A DNA stretch of 63,520 nt, the filler included, from Lenisia limosa (lineage: Eukaryota > Protista > Breviatea), in assembly GCA_001655205.1 (NCBI GenBank). It is 14 parts of 14 records of this genome, joined end to end, with 100 filler letters (N's around TTAATTAATTAA, not from the genome) between each part and the next. Parts side by side here need not be neighbours in the genome. Positions count along the whole stretch, not along the records: positions 60,655 to 62,025 come from LPNZ01002600.1; positions 62,126 to 63,520 come from LPNZ01001718.1; 12 more parts are not named here. The stretch is one strand, 5' to 3'. This document shows positions 60,655-63,520 of this stretch, piece by piece. The position numbers were made by a program, and so were the translations under genes. Position 1 is the first letter of the stretch. Each line of letters opens with the position of its first letter. The notes beneath the pieces were generated by a model. It was not told the origin of the DNA. It saw only the letters and a list, made by a program, of their open reading frames with translations, and made no database searches.

Positions 60655-61810
60655 CAGTTCGCGGATTAATTGGAGCCCCCTCCTGGAAGACATGGCAATA
60701 AAACTGACTCAGGATGAAGATCTTCCTTCGTCTTACGATATCGACATTGGTTCTGGTGCAGGGGGGACTACTTGCTTTCTTGCTAGCTCTAATATAATTA
60801 TATATATCCGTCTCTTTTATCTTTCCTATCTACCTATTAACGGATGATACTCCACACATACGTATGTAATCGACGTGACAGGATATGTAGCGTGTATGTT
60901 CATTAGGTATCTCTCGTAACAATTTGTAACAATTTAGGTACACTCAGTATGGAGTCATCGTTCAACAACCCATTCTCGGTAAGTTTGCTTCACACTTCGC
61001 TTACATGAGATGTTTCATTATTCACTGGAGTGGTTCTCTATTTCCGTGTTTTGTCTTTATTCAACCTGCTTAATAGACAATCTATCAGAGACGTAGGTGT
61101 ATAATGATTTCCAAATATTCTTTTTGCTAATAGTACATATATTTTATCATATATACATGTATACACTGATGTAAGTCTTTACCCCCTTATTTTTTGAAGT
61201 GATCTTTAATTTTATCAGTCAATACTTACCGTGTTCACTGTACACCCCTCGTTTCACTTAACAGCTACCTGGATTCGACTATGCCGCCACTGAAGTCGCA
61301 GCCTCTGCAGTTCTAGAATCTGAGCTTCCACTCGTTACGCCACGCTCATCTATTGTCAACTACACCGTTGTTGCCCAAGTGGGAATAGTCTATGTGAAAT
61401 TCACTTGTTGTGTTCATGACACGGACAGCCAAAGTGAATTGACGTAACGTTTCAGGCATCTTCAATACAAATGGCTGCAACCGGCGTGCTTCTTTCCCTC
61501 CGAATAGACCTGCCGTTTCGCCTTCCTGGTAGTTCAGTTGTCACCGTGGTCCTTCCTCCAGGCTATAATACCGTCAAAGGTGGAGGGGTCAATTAATTGT
61601 TAATGATGATGAAAGATTCATTGTATTTTTTTCTCTGCAAAGACTTGAAATTCTCGATATATCCCATGTATCGTAATTATGAGGTTAGTAAGTTCTAAAG
61701 ATTCAAGTGTATTGTTTATGACAGCTCAGCTGGCGAATTTGTTTCACTTTCTTCTGATTCGGACATTCCCTTCATTATCGAAGCCATTAACAATCTGAAG
61801 ATGGAAAGTG
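60655..61810 (+). CDS. Fragment of a beta-strand-rich, probably extracellular protein
   Basis: Exons LPGFDYAATEVAASAVLESELPLVTPRSSIVNYTVVAQ|ASSIQMAATGVLLSLRIDLPFRLPGSSVVTVVLPPGY join in frame. Confidence 0.5.
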
Positions 61811-62125
61811 GGTGTTTATTGTTACCTTGTGAGCTAACCTCTGGCCTAATACTTCTGATGTCCAGTAGTTCAGTTTATGTTCCTCTTTGATAGGATAGAA
61901 CTGAATTGCTCTTGCATTTCGATCCTCAATTCCCAATGCTTCTGACAAATACGCCACTATTTATATCTGATTTGGGCTTTTTTTTTTGTTTCATAAATTT
62001 TCCAATTGTACCTCCCCCCCCCCCCNNNNNNNNNNNNNNNNNNNNNNNNNNNNNNNNNNNNNNNNNNNNTTAATTAATTAANNNNNNNNNNNNNNNNNNN
62101 NNNNNNNNNNNNNNNNNNNNNNNNN

Positions 62126-62514
62126 TGCCTCCTCTTCCTCGTAATGGAGCCCTTTTTCGTCATTTGCGCTGTCGCCATATTCAATGCCACGTCTTCCTTG
62201 AGCCACACGTTCGAACAGAGGCGACTGGCTAACGAGAAAACTGTCAAGGATATGGCGCCAAATATGGTATGTATAAAATTATTGCCTAACTGCTAGGGCT
62301 TCACTTCGTTTCGATAAAAGACAACATCTCGATAAATCCTCGAAAACTCTTGATATTTTCCCGAGTTTTTTTGTTTTTCGAACCGAAGCCCTTCTTTTCT
62401 TCACAACACCCAATATTGTCCATTAAAAAAATTACATATCTAGATATGAAATTACATACATCACTCACCCTTTAGGTTGCATTGAGCCAAGCCCTTGAGC
62501 TTCAGGACTTCTAA
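62126..62514 (+). CDS. 3' end of an unknown membrane protein gene
   Basis: CLLFLVMEPFFVICAVAIFN...KDMAPNM|VALSQALELQDF*. Confidence 0.55.
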
Positions 62515-63520
62515 TCGTTTTATTATGTCCCTTTTATGTTGGCTGTCAATAGTGTTTCTTTTGTTTGTTTTTTTTGTGTAGATGTGGATATGATTATATA
62601 TATAGTTTTTTAGGTTTTCAAGTGGAAGAGAAGGGAATTTCCATTTTACCCCTACTGGCCTTTTTTTTGGGAGGGGGGGATCAGATCAAACTTTGTTGTT
62701 TTTATTTTTACTCTCTCTCTCGACAAACTTCATTGCTCAGAAATCACCTGTGGGTTAGAAGTTCACTCACTCATTACTCCATCGGTTGCTGTTTCCCCCC
62801 TGATCATTTTGAGAATACCATACAATTCTTCGAATTTCCATAAAATTTCATGGGATTTATATAATAAATATAAAAGACGGAAATTCCTTTTCAGAATCCT
62901 CAATTCGCCTTGATGTATCCTTAAAAACGTCAAAAACAAAAGAAGACGGAGGAGGGTATGTGGTGACTGGAGGATATTCATGTTGAACAAATCATTATCT
63001 CTGACGAAAAAATAATACAACAATACGAAAAATAATAGAAACTGTTGTATTATTTTTTTCGTATTGTTCAGAGATAATGATTTGTTCAACATGAATATCC
63101 TCCAGTACAACCAAGAAAGAGACGGATGAAAATGCACTTTGAACAAACTCCTCGGCTTCGCCACCCCAAGCGGCGAATGCTCAGCTGTGAACCCCAGGGG
63201 GTTCAGAATGTGAAGATGTGAGATTTTGTGAAATAGCGATGCGGGAGGTGTATGAGGGCCGCTCAAGTGAAGAGAGAGAGATTGTCAAAAACTTCAAAAT
63301 TAAATTACAACACTGTACAAAACCAATACACTAATACCTATTCCCTATCTTTCAATTACCTCCGCTTCCTCTTCTTTCTCCCCTTTTGCCCGCCCTGTCG
63401 CTTAGGGGGATATCTACAAGACAGTCAAATAGGCTAAATTAGAACTTAAAATAGAGAACCTCAAAACTTACTCGCCTCTGCGAGGTCTAAATTTCCTCAA
63501 AACAGGACCAAATATATGCG

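Noticed and set aside
13681-62514. Stop-codon reassignment
   Set aside because: Well-reconstructed genes have no in-frame stops and end in TGA (rac1), TAG (mob1, PAP2, rhomboid) or TAA (49301, 62514). Internal stops occur only in decayed regions.
1-63520. tRNA, rRNA or spliceosomal snRNA genes
   Set aside because: No cloverleaf or recognisable rRNA/U-snRNA signature was seen by eye. A tRNAscan or Infernal run would be needed to exclude divergent ones.

Overview
This is repeat-rich, intron-rich nuclear DNA of a microbial eukaryote; the taxon cannot be assigned from this window. It is not one locus: 13 artificial spacers of about 100 nt (N-run, TTAATTAATTAA, N-run) join 14 separate contigs or scaffolds, so adjacency across them is meaningless. 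Most ORFs in the supplied track are not real because the genes are spliced. Genes rebuilt by hand from GT-AG exons: complete Rac GTPase, complete MOB1, PAP2 lipid phosphate phosphatase, rhomboid protease, secreted C39-like cysteine peptidase, CaMKK-like kinase, fragments of a MAST/IRE-like kinase and Vps18, plus several unassigned multi-exon genes. Introns and intergenic DNA carry at least five short repeat families: two TIR MITEs (A, B), a TIR-less hairpin repeat (C), a sense-oriented repeat ending at 3' splice sites (D), and a minor family (E). Best leads: a decayed, apparently intron-interrupted D5-like SF3 helicase at 3.6-5.6 kb; family D with the poly-G/poly-C intron-end architecture; family C; the secreted C39-like peptidase; and a possible CUG start for the CaMKK-like kinase. 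All family assignments come from motif recognition by eye, not database searches.
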